Positions 9,576-19,444 are shown, numbered from the stretch's first letter. The stretch is DNA of 64,000 nucleotides from Deltaproteobacteria bacterium (GCA_016713665.1 JADJOR010000009.1:98778-162777), one strand, 5' to 3'. Numbers and translations: made by a program. Notes: a model not told the origin generated them from the sequence alone.

Positions 9576-9871
9576 GGGCGGCGCTCGCCCGAAGAACGCG
9601 CGCCGCTCGCCCCGAACGCTCGGCTCGGGCGCCGACCCCACGCGCCGCCTCCCACGCGCAGCCCGGTCGCGCATCCCCGGGATCAGTCCGCCTCGAATCG
9701 TCGCGAGGACCCGAAGGACAGGCCTCGCTCCTGTCGGGCTTCGGACCGCCCGCGTCCTGCTGCTGGTCGGCACGTTGCTCCAAATGGGACGTTGTGCCAG
9801 ATTGTGGCCCAGGGATTCGACGCGTCCGGGTCGAGCCCGGGCCGAGCCGGTGCGGGACACGAAGGAATTCC

Positions 9872-10636
9872 ATGGCGCGAGCGGTCAATCGAGAGGCGGC
9901 GGAGCGGAAGAGCGTCGGCGCGAAGCGTTCGACCGGTTCGAGCGCGGCGGCCGCCCGACTGCGGGTCGCCTCGGGCGGACGGGGCGGCGATCGCGGCGAG
10001 GCGGTGTCCCTGCGCGATCGCAAGAAGCGGAAGACCTGGGAGGCGATCGCGTCGGCGACCGTCGAGCTCGTCGTCGAGCGGGGCTTCGACGCGGTGCGCG
10101 TCGAGGACGTCTGCGGCGCGGCCGAGGTCGGGCGCTCGACCTTCTTTCGGTATTTCGACTCGAAGGAGGCGGCCTTCGTGGCCGGCATCCATCAGGGACG
10201 ACTCGATGCCGTCGCCGAGGCGACGCGCCGCCGCCCCGACGACGAGGACGCGCTGACCGCGCTCGCGAACGGCTTCCTCGAGGTCTACGCCGACTGGCGG
10301 GAGCAGCGGGAGCTGATGCAGCTCGAGGCCGGAATCCGGGCGGTCTCGGCGCAGGTGAAGGTCCGCTCCCTCGGCCAGCAGGTGGCCTGGGAGTCGTTGC
10401 TCGCCCGCACGATCGAGCCGCGTCTCGCGGCCGGGCCGCGGCGCGGGCTGCACGCGCGGCTGCTGGCCGCGACGATCGTCTCCGCGGTGCGCATGGCCAA
10501 CGAACGATGGCTCGAGGACGGCGCGAAGCGTTCGCCCGCGAAGGGCTTGACGTCCGCGCTCGACGCCGTCCGCGAGCTCGTCGGAGGCAGCGTTCTCGCC
10601 TCGCGTCCCGCGAGCAGAAAGAGTTCAACCCGTTGA
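9872..10636 (+). CDS. TetR/AcrR family transcriptional regulator
   Basis: RKKRKTWEAIASATVELVVERGFDAVRVEDVCGAAEVGRSTFFRYFDSKEAAF, a TetR HTH signature. The ATG at 9872 is in frame within ORF 9377-10636. Confidence 0.8.
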   Translation: MARAVNREAAERKSVGAKRSTGSSAAAARLRVASGGRGGDRGEAVSLRDRKKRKTWEAIASATVELVVERGFDAVRVEDVCGAAEVGRSTFFRYFDSKEAAFVAGIHQGRLDAVAEATRRRPDDEDALTALANGFLEVYADWREQRELMQLEAGIRAVSAQVKVRSLGQQVAWESLLARTIEPRLAAGPRRGLHARLLAATIVSAVRMANERWLEDGAKRSPAKGLTSALDAVRELVGGSVLASRPASRKSSTR

Positions 10637-10672
10637 AGAACGGCCGGCGTGACCGGCCCGGAGGAGCCCCCC

Positions 10673-11803
10673 ATGCATACCCCGCTCTGCGACGTCCTCG
10701 ACATCGAGTTCCCGATCTTCGCGTTCACCCACTGCCGCGACGTCGTCGTCGCCGTCTCGAACGCCGGCGGCTTCGGCGTGCTCGGCGCCGTCGGCTTCAC
10801 GCCCGAGCAGCTCGAGCTCGAGTGCCGCTGGATCGACGAGCATCTCGTCGACGGCGTGCGCTACGGCGTCGACCTCGTGATCCCCGAGAAGTACGAGGGC
10901 AAGGGCTCGGACCTCGACCCGAAGGCCCTCGAGGAGCAGCTCCGCAAGCTGATCCCGGCGCAACATCGGTCGTTCGCGTCGAAGCTCCTGGCGGACCACG
11001 GTGTCCCCGAGCTGCCGGCGGATCAGCACGCGCGGGAGCTGCTCGGCTGGACGGCGACGACCGCGAACCCGTTGCTCGACGTCGCCCTCGCGCATCCGAA
11101 GGTCAGCCTGATCGCGAACGCCCTCGGCACGCCGCCGGCCGACGTGATCCAGCGTGTCCACGCGAGCGGTCGCCTCGTCGCGGCCCTCTGCGGCCGGCTG
11201 CATCAGGCGAAGCGCCACAAGGAGGCCGGCGTCGACATCATCATCGCCCAGGGCACGGAGGGCGGTGGCCATACGGGAGACATCGGCAGCGTCGTCCTCT
11301 GGCCCCAGGTGGTGGCGGCCGTCGCCCCGACGCCGGTCCTCGCGGCGGGCGGCATCGGGACCGGCGCCCAGGTCGCGGCGGCCCTCGCGCTCGGCGCGCA
11401 GGGCGTCTGGACGGGCTCGCTCTGGCTGACGGTCGAGGAGGCCGAGTCCGAGCCCGCGCAGATCGAATCCTATCTGAAGGCGACCAGCGAGGACGCGGTG
11501 CGCTCCCGCTCCTATACCGGCAAGCCCTGTCGCATGCTCCGCAACGACTGGACGGAGGCGTGGGAGAAGGCCGAGAACCCGAAGCCCCTCGGCATGCCGC
11601 TGCAGGGCATGGTGACCGCCGACGCGATCTCGCGGACGAGTCGTTATGCGGGCGTCGCCCAGACCCAGAAGGTCGCGTTCAATCCGGTCGGGCAGGTCGT
11701 CGGGATGATGAAGGAGCGCAAGGCGGTACGCGACGTGATCTACGAGATCGTCGAGGGCTACGTCGAGGCGACGGAGCGGCTGCAGGCATTCCAGCCGCGC
11801 TGA
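10673..11803 (+). CDS. Nitronate monooxygenase (NMO / 2-nitropropane dioxygenase family, FMN TIM barrel)
   Basis: MHTPLCDVLDIEFPIFAFTHC..VDIIIAQGTEGGGHTG..VLAAGGIGTGAQVAAALALGAQGVWTGSLWL. GGAGGAG lies 6 nt upstream of ATG 10673. An alternative GTG start exists at 10649. Confidence 0.8.
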   Translation: MHTPLCDVLDIEFPIFAFTHCRDVVVAVSNAGGFGVLGAVGFTPEQLELECRWIDEHLVDGVRYGVDLVIPEKYEGKGSDLDPKALEEQLRKLIPAQHRSFASKLLADHGVPELPADQHARELLGWTATTANPLLDVALAHPKVSLIANALGTPPADVIQRVHASGRLVAALCGRLHQAKRHKEAGVDIIIAQGTEGGGHTGDIGSVVLWPQVVAAVAPTPVLAAGGIGTGAQVAAALALGAQGVWTGSLWLTVEEAESEPAQIESYLKATSEDAVRSRSYTGKPCRMLRNDWTEAWEKAENPKPLGMPLQGMVTADAISRTSRYAGVAQTQKVAFNPVGQVVGMMKERKAVRDVIYEIVEGYVEATERLQAFQPR

Positions 11804-11825
11804 CGCTCGATCCGGGTATCGCGTG

Positions 11826-11852
11826 GCGGCTCTCCCGTCCGGGGAGAGCCGC
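11826..11852 (+). terminator. GC-rich hairpin after the NMO gene (11-bp perfect stem, 5-nt loop, no U tract)
   Basis: GCGGCTCTCCC-GTCCG-GGGAGAGCCGC lies between stop 11803 and the next start at 11867. Confidence 0.45.
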
Positions 11853-11866
11853 TACAGTCGGCGGCG

Positions 11867-12940
11867 ATGGAACAGCCCCTCCCGACCGATGCCGCTGGCC
11901 TCACACCCGCCTGGCTGACGCGCGCCCTCGCGACGCGACATCCGGGCGTCCGGGTCGCGGGCGTCGAGATCCTCGAGGCCACCGAGCGCACGAACCACCA
12001 CCTGCGCCTCGCGCTCGCCTACGACGTTCGCGCGGGTGCTCCCGAGACCCTCTTCTGCAAGCTCCCGCCCCGGGATCCCGAGCATCGCTTGCGCATCGGC
12101 GCCGCGGGGATGGGCGCGCGCGAGGTGCACTTCTACACGGAGGTCGCGTCGGGCGTCTCGATGCGGGTCCCCGACTGTCCTTTCGCGGCGCTCGCGCCGG
12201 ACGGATCGTTCCTGATGCTGCTCGAGGATCTCGCGGCGCGGGGCTGTGCGATCTCGGACGGCTCGTGGGCGATCCCCGGTCGGCTCGCCGGGCCGGCGCT
12301 CGCCGAGCTCGCGGAGCTGCACGTCCGCTCCGAGGACCCCGCGCGGCTCGCGGCGGTCTCGTCGTGGGCGACGTCGACGCGGGGCAGGGCGCCCGAGTTC
12401 GTGCTCCGCACCCTGCGATACGTCGTCGACCACTGCGCTGACGTCCTCTCCGACGCCTATCTCGAGGTCGCCCGCCTCTACATCGACCACCACGACGCGA
12501 TCGACGCGGCCTGGGAGGCCGGCGTCGGTCCGAAGACGCTGATCCACGGCGACGCTCACATCGGGAACCTCTTCCTCGACGGCGATCGGGTCGGCTTCCT
12601 CGACTGGGGCATGACGAAGATCGGGACGCCGATGCGCGATCTCGGCTTCTTCCTGACGATGGGCCTCGAATCGGTCGACCGCCGTCGCGACGAACGCGCG
12701 CTGATCGAGCACTACCTCGACGTCCGCCGTCGCCTCGGCGGCCGCGCGATCGCCTTCGAGGACGTCTGGCTCGCCCACCGCATCGAGGCGGCCTACACCG
12801 TGATCGCCTCGTTCCTCTCCCTCGTCCCGCCCTACAACACCGAAGCGCGGCGCATGTTCACGACGAATTTCCGCGCCCGCGCGATGGCCGCCCTCGACGA
12901 CCTCGATACGGTCGGTGCGCTCCAGGCGCTCGTCGGCTGA
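11867..12940 (+). CDS. Phosphotransferase family protein (APH / choline-kinase-like fold)
   Basis: Catalytic-loop pattern LIHGDAHIGNLFLDGDRVGFLDWG (HxDxxxxN .. D-W-G). Intact 357-aa ORF. Confidence 0.7.
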   Translation: MEQPLPTDAAGLTPAWLTRALATRHPGVRVAGVEILEATERTNHHLRLALAYDVRAGAPETLFCKLPPRDPEHRLRIGAAGMGAREVHFYTEVASGVSMRVPDCPFAALAPDGSFLMLLEDLAARGCAISDGSWAIPGRLAGPALAELAELHVRSEDPARLAAVSSWATSTRGRAPEFVLRTLRYVVDHCADVLSDAYLEVARLYIDHHDAIDAAWEAGVGPKTLIHGDAHIGNLFLDGDRVGFLDWGMTKIGTPMRDLGFFLTMGLESVDRRRDERALIEHYLDVRRRLGGRAIAFEDVWLAHRIEAAYTVIASFLSLVPPYNTEARRMFTTNFRARAMAALDDLDTVGALQALVG

Positions 12941-13025
12941 GGCTCGAAGCCCGGGGTCTCGCCGGGTGGTCGGGAGCTTCCGCGGTCCGCCGGCCGCACT
13001 CCCGTCCTCTGGCGAGGCGACCCCG

Positions 13026-13979
13026 CTAGCGCGCCGGCTCGCGCGACGACGTGGCGCCGAGCCGGCGCTCGTCGATCCGGAGCTCGAAGAGATCCGGACG
13101 GTGATAGTGACCGCCCTGGTCGCGCAGGGTGCGTGCGGCGAGTGCGACGTCGAGATCGAGGTCCGCATAGAGGATCTCCTCGGCGTTCGCTGCGGCTTCG
13201 GCCAGGACGACGCCGTTGGGATCGACGATCAGCGTTCCGCCGTCGCCGAGCGCGATCCCCTCGAGCGATGCGCGCAGCGCGCGGGCCTCCGGGAAGTCGT
13301 CGGGGACGAGGCTCGCGTCGAAGAGCCCGGAGACCGAGACGACGAAGACGCCGCCCTCGATCGCGACCAGGCGGCTCGCGTCGAGGGTGATGCCGCGTCC
13401 GCCGGGCCAGGTCGCGACGTGGAGCTGCTCGCCCTGTCCGTAGAGCGCGAATTTCGGGAGCGGGAGCCAGTTCTCCCAGCAATTGAGGCCCCCGATCCGC
13501 CAGCCGGCGTGCTCGTGGACGCGCAGGCCGTGGGCGTCGCCGTCGGCCCAGGCGACGCGCTCGGTGTAGGTCGGCTTGAGCTTGCGGTGGACGCCGACGA
13601 TGCCGCGCGTCGGATCGATCAGGACGAGCGAGCAGTAGAGGGATCCGCCGGTCGCCGCGCGCTCGGCGATGCCGAGGGCCACGAAGCAGGCGGACTTGCG
13701 CGCGGCTTCGACGACGGGATCGAGATCGCCGCGGGCGAGGTCGACGCCCTGGCGCAGATAGACGGATTGCCGCGCCGTCACGACGTCGAGCGCCTTCAGA
13801 TCGAGGCGATCCGAGCTCGTCCACCACGGATAGCCCGGGACGAAGGTCTCGGAGAAGGCGACGACCCGGGCTCCGCCCTGCGCCGCCTGCTCGATCAGCC
13901 GACACACCTTCGCGACGGTGGCCTCGCGATCCATCCAGACCGGTGCCGCCTGCACCGCCGCGACCCGCATTCTCTCCAT
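13026..13979 (-). CDS. Nitrilase / carbon-nitrogen hydrolase family protein
   Basis: MRVAAVQAAPVWMD..VVAFSETFVPGYPWW..HRKLKPT..GGLNCWENWLP, the E-K-C catalytic triad context of nitrilases. Confidence 0.85.
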   Translation of the reverse strand: MERMRVAAVQAAPVWMDREATVAKVCRLIEQAAQGGARVVAFSETFVPGYPWWTSSDRLDLKALDVVTARQSVYLRQGVDLARGDLDPVVEAARKSACFVALGIAERAATGGSLYCSLVLIDPTRGIVGVHRKLKPTYTERVAWADGDAHGLRVHEHAGWRIGGLNCWENWLPLPKFALYGQGEQLHVATWPGGRGITLDASRLVAIEGGVFVVSVSGLFDASLVPDDFPEARALRASLEGIALGDGGTLIVDPNGVVLAEAAANAEEILYADLDLDVALAARTLRDQGGHYHRPDLFELRIDERRLGATSSREPAR

Positions 13980-14244
13980 GTCGTTCCCCCGGCTCGAGCT
14001 CGAAGCCTCGAATTCGTTCGTCGACGGAGTCTAGGGAACGGACTTTCGATCTCGAGAAATGGAGGGGCCTGCGGCAGCCGGCTGGAACGGAGCCGGCAAC
14101 TGCGCGTGGGCAGCTGATGGAGGAGGCGGCAAAGGGGCGTCGCGTGGCACGCCGCCCCGGTCCCCGATCGCAAGCATTCGGTGACCCACTCGCTCAGACG
14201 CCTTGGCCGAGGGGCGCACACTGCCGATACGGCAGCGGAAAACC

Positions 14245-17200
14245 ATGCGATCCGGGCCCCGAATCCGTCTCCGCCGAACCTCGCTCGCCCTGCTCGCAGG
14301 CGTCCTGGCCTTCCTCGCCCTGGCGTCGCCCGCCGGCGCGACCTTCCTCCATCAACGCTACGAGGGCGCCTGGACCTCGCTGCCGGATTTCCTGCTCCTG
14401 ACGCCGGTTTCCTCGGCGCTGATCGACGTGATCGGTCCCGACCCGGGCGCGGTCGGCGGCGAGTACGGGCTCGTCATCACGAATACCATCAACGTCCCGA
14501 CGGCCGGGACGTACACCTTTTATACGCGCTCGGACGCGGGCTCCCGGCTCCTGATCGACGGCCAGGTCGTCGTCGACAACGACGGGCTCCATCCGCCGAC
14601 GACGGTCGAGGGCAGCCGCGTCCTCGACGTCGGCGACCACTCGATCCGGATCGAGTATTTCGCGACGCCGAGCGGGGCGACCCTCGAGGTCGGGTACCGG
14701 ACCGGCATCCCGGTCTTCGAGCCGATTCCGGTCGACGGCCGACTGACGTTCATGAGCTCGAATCCGGCTTCGATCGGGTCGTGGGGGCCGGTGATCCCGT
14801 GGCCGGAGATCGCGATCTCGGCGGCGGTCCTCCCGGACGGGAAGATCCTGACCTGGTCCTCGACCGAGATCGACGGCTTTCCCGAGTTCAGCGAGCTCTC
14901 TCGCGCCTCGGTCTTCGATCCCGCGACCGGGACCTTCGTCCCCGTCGACAACGACTTCCACGACATGTTCTGCGCGGGCGTCGCGACCCTCGAGAACGGC
15001 ACGATCGTCGCGGCGGGCGGCAATCCGAGCGATCGACGCGTGTCCTCGTTCAATCCGGCGACGCAGACCTGGTCACCGCTCGCCGACATGATCGATCTGC
15101 GCTGGTATGGGCTGGCGGCGACCTTGCCCGACAACACGGTCTTCGCGAGCTTCGCGAAGGACGCCGGCAGCCGGACCGAGGTCTACAACCCGGCGACCAA
15201 TACCTGGTCGCCACGGTACAACGCCGATGCCGACACCCAGCTCTTCGAGCAGAACGTCATCAACGTCGCGCCGAACCCGACGGGCGCGATCGACATCGCC
15301 TGGAACTCCCACATCGCGGTGACGCCGCAGGGCGACGTCTTCCAGGGCGGTCCGACGCCGACCTGGCATCGCTACGACCCGATGGGCGGGGCCGCGACCG
15401 TCGCCCTCGGCCAGCCGATCGGCGACGTGGCGCGCTCCTACGGAAACGCGGTGACCTACGGCGAGGGCAAGGTCCTGCTGGTCGGCGGCGCCGATCTGCG
15501 CCTCGATCCCCCGACGTCGAGGAATTTCGTCTACCGCGTCGACCTGACCGGGCCGGCGCCGACGGTGACGCCGGGTGCCCCCATGCGGTATCCGCGGACG
15601 CTGCTCAACACGGTCACGCTCGCGAACGGCGAGCTGCTCGTGATCGGCGGCAATACCGTCGCCCGATATTTCGACGACACGGGCTCGGTCCTCCACACCG
15701 AGATCTACTCGCCCTCGACCGACAGCTGGCGCACCACCGACAACCTCGACGTCCCGCGCAACTACCACTCGACGGCGCTCCTGATGAAGGATGGCCGCGT
15801 GATCGCGATGGGCGGCGGTGGCCGCTGGAGCGGACACCCGGCGAACCACCTCGACGGCCAGATCTTCTCGCCGCCCTACCTCTTCGAGAGCGACGGCTCG
15901 CCGGCGGTCCGACCGATGCTGTCGGTTCCGGCGCCGGCGCAGGTGCGGGCAGGGGATTCGCTCGTCGTCACGGCGAGCCCGACGACGACGGCCTTCTCCG
16001 TCGTCCGCCTCTCGGCCGTGACCCACCACGTCAACACCGATCAGCGCTTCCTCCCGATCTCGGCCGTCGCGAACGGTGACGGAACATTCACGCTCCAGTT
16101 CCCGGCGAATCCCAACACCCTGATCGTCGGTCCCTACTTCCTCTTCGCCCTCGATGCCGACGGCACGCCCTCGATCGGTGAGACGATCCAGGTCGTGCGC
16201 GACGTCCAGTCGGTCCCCGATCCGACCTCGGTCTACGTCTCCGATCTGCCGTGGACGACGTCGACCAACGGTCTCGGGCCCGCCGAGCGCGATCGCAGCA
16301 ACGGGGATGCGGCGGCGGGCGACGGCGCCCCCATCCGACTCGCCGGCGTGACCTACGCGAAGGGCGTCGGGGCCCATGCGTTCTCCGAGATCTCGGTCGC
16401 CCTCGACGGCCGATACGACCGCTTCCGTGCCCAGATCGGTCTCGACGACGCCCAGGACGGCCTCTGCGGCGAGGTCCAGTTCGAGGTCGCTCTCGACGGC
16501 GTCGTCGCCTACACGAGCAGCCCTTTCGTCGACACGACGCCGACCGAGTCCCTCGACCTCGACGTCGGAACTGCGAATGCTCTGACGCTTCGAATCTTCA
16601 CCCTCGGTGATGCCTGCGGCGACCGCGGCGACTGGGCCGACGCGCGCCTCGTCCCGAAGCCCGCGCCGGGCTTCCGCTACTACCGCTTCCGCCCGACGAA
16701 GCTGCGAAACGACGCGACGGCGAACGGCATCCAGCTCGCGGAGCTCGCCCTCTTCGAGCAGGGTGTTCGCCGCCATGCGCTCTTCGTGACGAATCCCGGC
16801 GGCAACAACCCCGCCGGCCAGGGGCCGACCCGGGCCGACGACGCCGACGCCGGCACGCAGTGGCGCGACTTCAATCGCGGCGACCTCGTCTACGACATGG
16901 GCGCCCGGGTCGAGATCGACGCCTACGTCCTCACGACGGCGAGCGACGCGCCGGAGCGCGATCCCGTCCGCTGGCTGCTCGAGGCGAGCATCGACGGCGT
17001 CATCTGGAACGTGCTCGACGATCGCTCCACCGCCGACTACCCGACGCCGCCGGCTCGGGGCGCGTCGACGCCCGACCTGCCGATCGTGATCGCGGCGCCC
17101 ATCACGCCGCTGCCCTTCGCGCCGCGCCATTCGACGACGCTGCTCGTCGAGAAGAGCAGCGGCGCCGATCGCATCTGGAACGTGAACCCGGACAACGACT

Positions 17201-19356
17201 CGGTGACCGTCTCGAGCGCCTCGGGCACCCTCCTCGCCGAGATCCCCGTCGGCGATCGCCCCTGGTCGATCGCCCGCGAGCCGGGCCAGGCGCGCGTCTA
17301 CGTCGTCAACAAGGGCAGCGCCTCGATCAGCGTGATCGACGCCGCCGCGTTCACCGTCGACCGCACGATCGCGCTCCCGCGCGGGAGCGAGCCCCACGGC
17401 CTCGTCTTCGCCGCCGACGCTTCGACCTACTACGTCGTCCTCGAGGCCGCAGCCCGGGTCGAGAAGCGCCTCGCCGCGACCGATGCGCTCGTCGGGAGCC
17501 TCGCGCTCTCCGGCCGCCCGCGACACGTCTCGATCCGGAACGACGACGCGCGGCTGCTCGTCAGCAACTTCATCACCCCGCCGATCCCCGGCGAGAGCAC
17601 GCTGACCGTCGACGTCGCTGCCGGCGCGGCGCAGGTCTTCTCGATCGATCCGGCCACGATGACCCTCGACGGGACGATCGGCTTGACTCATGACGGCCGC
17701 GCGCAGTCCGAGAGCCAGGGGCCGGGCATGCCGAACTATCTCGGCCCGGCCGTCGTCGATTTCGCGGGCCAGCACGCCTACGTCCCGTCGAAGAAGGACA
17801 ACGTCCGCGGCGGAGCACTGCGCGGCGTCGCGGGCATGGGCTTCGACTCGACGGTGCGCGCGAATACCTCGCGCATCGTCCTCGCGACGGCGACGGAGGA
17901 TCCGACGCTTCGGATCGACCACGACAACTCGAGCCTCGCGACCGGCGCCGCGCTCTCGGGCGACGACCGCTACCTGTTCGTGACCCTCGAAACGAGCCGC
18001 CAGCTCGCGGTCTACGACCTCCAGGACGGCTATCCGCTGATGCGCCTCCCGACCGGCCGGGCGCCCCAGAGCGTCGCGCTCTCGAGCGACGGGCGGACGG
18101 CCTACGTCCACGACTTCATGGATCGCCAGATCTCGCGCTTCGATTTGACCCAGATGCTCGAGACGAATCTGCCGGCCACGAACCTGCTGCCGCCGATCCA
18201 GACGGTCTCCGTCGAGGCGCTCCCGCCGACGATCCTGCTGGGCAAGCAGCTCTTCTACGACGCCGCCGACGATCGCATCGCCCTCGACGACTACATGAGC
18301 TGCGCCTCGTGCCACAACGACGGCGATGGAGACGGCCGCGTCTGGGATCTCGGCGGCTACGGCGAGGGACTCCGCAACACGATCGACCTGCGCGGCAAGG
18401 GAACGGGCCACGGTCGCCCGCACTGGACCGGGAACTTCGACGAGATCCAGGACTTCGAGAGCCAGATCCGCGGCCTCAACCTGGGCAGCGGCTTGCTCGC
18501 CCCCGCCGACTTCGCCGCGACCTCGGCCCCCCTCGGCCCGCCGAAGGCCGGCCTCTCCGCCGACCTCGACGCGCTCGCCGCCTACGTGAGCTCGCTCGCG
18601 ACGCCGCCCGCGAGCCCGTTCCGCCCGAGCCTCGGCACGCTCGGCGCGGACGCGGCCGACGGTCGTCTGGCTTTCGCGGAGCTCGGCTGCCTCGGCTGTC
18701 ATTCGGTCCCGTCGCTCACCGATTCCCCGACGACGCTCCGCCACGACGTCGGCACGATCAAGCCCTCGAGTGGGGAGCGGCTCGATGGACCGCTCGACGG
18801 CTTCGATACGCCGGGGCTGGTCGGCGCCTGGAGCAATCCACCCTTCCTTCACGACGGCTCGGCACCGACGCTCGAAGCGGCGATCACGGCCCACTCGGCG
18901 TTCGCGAATCTCGCACCGGCGACGCTCGCCCGACTCGCCGCGTTCCTGCGCGAGGCGGAGCCCGCGGACCTGGTCGCGCTCGTCGACACGGACGCGGACG
19001 GGCTCGTCGATCTCGCCGATCCCGCGCCGACGAATCCCTGCATCCCGACGACCTTCGTCGCGGTCTGCGGGGCGGATGCCGACGGCGACGGCGTCTCCGA
19101 CTTCCAGGAGGGCGCGACCGCGGACGCGGACGGCGACGGGCTCTTCGACTACCAGGAGTCGTCGACCGCGGATGCGGACTCCGACGGCGTCCCGGACCAG
19201 AGCGACCCGGCGAATGGCGATGCCTGCGTGCCGAACGCCGAGGCGTGTGGCCCACCGCCGGCGGTGCCGATCGCGGGTCCGGTGGCGCGAGTCGTACTGC
19301 TCGGGCTGCTGCTCGCGACGGGGCTCGGCGTGCACGGACGGCGTCGGAGCGTCTGA
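14245..19356 (+). CDS. Secreted mosaic protein: PA14 + galactose-oxidase-like radical-copper oxidase (Kelch propeller + DUF1929) + NPCBM + F5/8-type-C (discoidin) + YVTN-type beta-propeller + di-haem cytochrome c peroxidase (CCP/MauG)-like + TSP3 repeats + C-terminal TM/RRR anchor
   Basis: Signal peptide MRSGPRIRLRRTSLALLAGVLAFLALASPAGA. Galactose-oxidase-like motifs: WGPVIPWP..TWSS, HDMFCAG, RWYG, NYHSTALLMKDGRV, THHVNTDQRF, GPYFLFALDADGTPS. NPCBM: VYVSDLPW..GVGAHA..GDWADARL. CCP: SCASCHNDGDG (18301-18315 encodes CASCH), GCLGCHS (18688-18702) and PFLHDGSAPTLE. DADGDGV repeats follow, then PVARVVLLGLLLATGLGVHGRRRSV. The ORF caller starts at 14203 (TTG); ATG 14245 is preferred. Confidence 0.85.
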   Translation: MRSGPRIRLRRTSLALLAGVLAFLALASPAGATFLHQRYEGAWTSLPDFLLLTPVSSALIDVIGPDPGAVGGEYGLVITNTINVPTAGTYTFYTRSDAGSRLLIDGQVVVDNDGLHPPTTVEGSRVLDVGDHSIRIEYFATPSGATLEVGYRTGIPVFEPIPVDGRLTFMSSNPASIGSWGPVIPWPEIAISAAVLPDGKILTWSSTEIDGFPEFSELSRASVFDPATGTFVPVDNDFHDMFCAGVATLENGTIVAAGGNPSDRRVSSFNPATQTWSPLADMIDLRWYGLAATLPDNTVFASFAKDAGSRTEVYNPATNTWSPRYNADADTQLFEQNVINVAPNPTGAIDIAWNSHIAVTPQGDVFQGGPTPTWHRYDPMGGAATVALGQPIGDVARSYGNAVTYGEGKVLLVGGADLRLDPPTSRNFVYRVDLTGPAPTVTPGAPMRYPRTLLNTVTLANGELLVIGGNTVARYFDDTGSVLHTEIYSPSTDSWRTTDNLDVPRNYHSTALLMKDGRVIAMGGGGRWSGHPANHLDGQIFSPPYLFESDGSPAVRPMLSVPAPAQVRAGDSLVVTASPTTTAFSVVRLSAVTHHVNTDQRFLPISAVANGDGTFTLQFPANPNTLIVGPYFLFALDADGTPSIGETIQVVRDVQSVPDPTSVYVSDLPWTTSTNGLGPAERDRSNGDAAAGDGAPIRLAGVTYAKGVGAHAFSEISVALDGRYDRFRAQIGLDDAQDGLCGEVQFEVALDGVVAYTSSPFVDTTPTESLDLDVGTANALTLRIFTLGDACGDRGDWADARLVPKPAPGFRYYRFRPTKLRNDATANGIQLAELALFEQGVRRHALFVTNPGGNNPAGQGPTRADDADAGTQWRDFNRGDLVYDMGARVEIDAYVLTTASDAPERDPVRWLLEASIDGVIWNVLDDRSTADYPTPPARGASTPDLPIVIAAPITPLPFAPRHSTTLLVEKSSGADRIWNVNPDNDSVTVSSASGTLLAEIPVGDRPWSIAREPGQARVYVVNKGSASISVIDAAAFTVDRTIALPRGSEPHGLVFAADASTYYVVLEAAARVEKRLAATDALVGSLALSGRPRHVSIRNDDARLLVSNFITPPIPGESTLTVDVAAGAAQVFSIDPATMTLDGTIGLTHDGRAQSESQGPGMPNYLGPAVVDFAGQHAYVPSKKDNVRGGALRGVAGMGFDSTVRANTSRIVLATATEDPTLRIDHDNSSLATGAALSGDDRYLFVTLETSRQLAVYDLQDGYPLMRLPTGRAPQSVALSSDGRTAYVHDFMDRQISRFDLTQMLETNLPATNLLPPIQTVSVEALPPTILLGKQLFYDAADDRIALDDYMSCASCHNDGDGDGRVWDLGGYGEGLRNTIDLRGKGTGHGRPHWTGNFDEIQDFESQIRGLNLGSGLLAPADFAATSAPLGPPKAGLSADLDALAAYVSSLATPPASPFRPSLGTLGADAADGRLAFAELGCLGCHSVPSLTDSPTTLRHDVGTIKPSSGERLDGPLDGFDTPGLVGAWSNPPFLHDGSAPTLEAAITAHSAFANLAPATLARLAAFLREAEPADLVALVDTDADGLVDLADPAPTNPCIPTTFVAVCGADADGDGVSDFQEGATADADGDGLFDYQESSTADADSDGVPDQSDPANGDACVPNAEACGPPPAVPIAGPVARVVLLGLLLATGLGVHGRRRSV

Positions 19357-19444
19357 GAGCCGGCTTGCGGAGCGCGCGCAGCCTCTCCGTCTCAGAACCC
19401 GATGGGAAGCGATTCCCGGCCGTAGAACGTGCTCGAGTCGAAGC

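Noticed and set aside
9775-12441. 888-aa plus-strand ORF across the TetR, NMO and phosphotransferase genes
   Set aside because: It is out of frame with three motif-bearing genes. The composition is extremely Arg/Gly/Pro-rich.
15073-19335. 1420-aa minus-strand ORF spanning most of the mosaic-protein gene
   Set aside because: It is antisense to a gene with unambiguous family motifs. The translation is Arg/Asp/Gly/Glu-rich low-complexity sequence with no recognisable domain. This is a typical shadow ORF in stop-poor high-GC DNA.
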